A stretch of DNA of 63,529 nt, counting the filler, from Salisapilia sapeloensis CBS 127946 (taxonomy: Eukaryota > Protista > Oomycota), in the NCBI GenBank assembly GCA_023334545.1. It is 8 parts of 8 records of this genome, joined end to end, with 100 filler letters (N's around TTAATTAATTAA, not from the genome) between each part and the next. Parts side by side here need not be neighbours in the genome. Positions count along the whole stretch, not along the records: positions 56,859 to 63,529 come from JAADVB010000549.1; 7 more parts are not named here. The stretch is one strand, 5' to 3'. The notes beneath the pieces are model-generated. The model ran no database searches, was not told the DNA's origin, and saw only the letters and a program-made list of their open reading frames with translations. Position 1 is the stretch's first letter. Every line of letters begins with the position of its first letter. This document shows positions 62,006-63,529 of the stretch, one piece after another. A program made the position numbers and the translations under genes.

Positions 62006-63094
62006 CTATATAGGTCTAGCAAGGTTCAGTCGGCTAAATCTCTTCTGGCGTGGGTTACGAGTTTTCAAGATCGCTCGTTGCGGTGCTTTTTTTATAGTAC
62101 TCTGCAAATAGTTGACGATGTCGATACCTATAACAATATTGTATTCCTAAAGGAGCGTTTAGTAGTGCAAATGAGGTAGAGGAGAATGGGCATATACTTC
62201 CAATATACGCATGATGCGATCGCTTGCTTCGTACCGCTCTTTTGTTATACGTGCTAGATTATGTTCACTTTGCCTTTTATCTCGGCCATCTCGCATGGCA
62301 TCTATAATTTCTAATCATTGCATTTATCTTTAATCGTTCATCACATACCAGCATGACAAGGTGCTTACGAATTTCTCGTTTAGTTTCGTCCGCAATCTCA
62401 CTCTGGAGAATATGAAGTAGATGATTCATCCGTCGAGTATGGTGACTACTCTCTGTCGAAACCACACTTATCTTTCGACTAGGACTATGTTGCAGGTCAA
62501 TATCAATCATTATATAAGTACGAACTAAATAGTACCCCTTTTGGTTTTCCTTACGCTTGTACGAACTACTGCGGTCACTGTAATACGTTTGAAGGTCTTC
62601 GACCGAAGTGTGCAGCTGCTGTGCTTGCAAAAGCTACATGTAAAAAATGCGCATGACGTCAATCTCCGCTTCTGCCATTCGACCAGCTATAGGATTCATG
62701 GCTTACTCGACTTTCACGATGAGCTTTCGCAGCTAGGCCTTCCTTCTCATCCACCACATATTGAAGGCTCTCAGCGACAACTGCCTTCGGATAACACGAT
62801 GAGGAAGTTTTTGCTATCGCCGGTAGTAGATCTCGCTTGTGTTTCGACATGAACTTTTCAGTATCTAGAGCAATTCGCTCGCGAAGCGTAGTGAGGACAT
62901 CCAAAAGGTTTGCATTCGCTGGGTCTCTCACTGGTACTGGAGTGTTCTCAACAGTGTCAAGCTTGTCTACATCTTTCGACAAACAAAGTGTTGTAGTAAT
63001 CAATCACGCATTTTGGTCAACTCATACAAAGTATACAAAGCCTACCTAATGAGTTTCCCCAGTATATGCCGATGGACTCATCTGAAGATGACAT
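62006..63094 (-). CDS. Hypothetical multi-exon protein (model tentative)
   Basis: Exon fragments MSSSDESIGIYWGNSL|DVDKLDTVEN..HRESR|LLQAQQLHT..|..|AMRDGRDKRQ..RILE|EYNIV..LARPI can be joined through GT-AG introns. Confidence 0.5.
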
Positions 63095-63289
63095 GCGTGC
63101 GATTTATATCTCCAAGATTTTACAAGAAGACATTTCTATTTTAATCAATTTATACCCTACGTATCCTGCTTTCAATCGACCAAAATAATCGACTAAACCC
63201 CGTATTGGATGTATGTGATAGCATCCTAAACCGTGTTCGCGCTGAATCAGTGTTCAGAGGAATTGGGGATTCACATGGTATCATTCTAT

Positions 63290-63529
63290 TCACGACAATC
63301 GAAGCGGCAATTAGCGTACGGGGAGAGTAGTCGGTTTTACTGTGCACTTGCCATTGGAAACCTAACGCAGCACTTCAATACAACTTCCACACCAAGCTAG
63401 GAATACAAAAACAAGTGATCGTTCATCTTCAAGTAAGCCATAGGGGAGCGATCTTCGAGAAGACTTCCAGACACGCCTGCTGCTCGAAATGCGCACATCT
63501 GAAAAAGCGCGCGAAACAGTCGCTTCACT
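63290..63529 (+). mobile_element. Copy 4 (or the 5' part of copy 3) of the dispersed repeat family; 63389-63529 is identical to 56859-56999
   Basis: 63290-63388 aligns with the reverse complement of 21441-21530; the last 141 nt exactly repeat the contig start. Confidence 0.75.

Overview
Eukaryotic genomic DNA, almost certainly an oomycete: short GT-AG introns of about 50-80 nt, oomycete INR/FPR core promoters, TKL receptor kinases, an elicitin-like domain, a WLGC/LRR membrane protein, and the flagellar gene DRC3, which implies zoospores. The window is not one locus. It is 8 contigs (1-12927, 13028-15603, 15704-33726, 33827-43874, 43975-45108, 45209-49577, 49678-56758, 56859-63529) joined by artificial 100-nt N...TTAATTAATTAA...N spacers, so adjacency across spacers means nothing. 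About 27 genes can be modelled. Housekeeping and cell-biology genes include DCN1, glutathione synthetase, PHO88/SND3, a VTT/TVP38 protein, seipin, an RBR E3 ligase, INO1, V-ATPase subunit e, importin-alpha, G-alpha, H3/H4, a sucrose-type transporter, DRC3 and a prune/PPX1 exopolyphosphatase. There is also a chromatin-gene cluster (TFIIS-N protein, PWWP-MPN, JmjC-Tudor). The strongest novelty candidate only appears after splicing two ORFs that the ORF track lists separately: a 625-aa type-I receptor kinase with an extracellular six-cysteine elicitin-like domain (7173-9181, minus). Three contigs have terminal repeats of exactly 141 bp (two inverted, one direct), consistent with k=141 assembly-graph loops. 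Two fold-back elements and a decayed multi-copy repeat family are also present. All family assignments come from motif recognition by eye; no database search was run.
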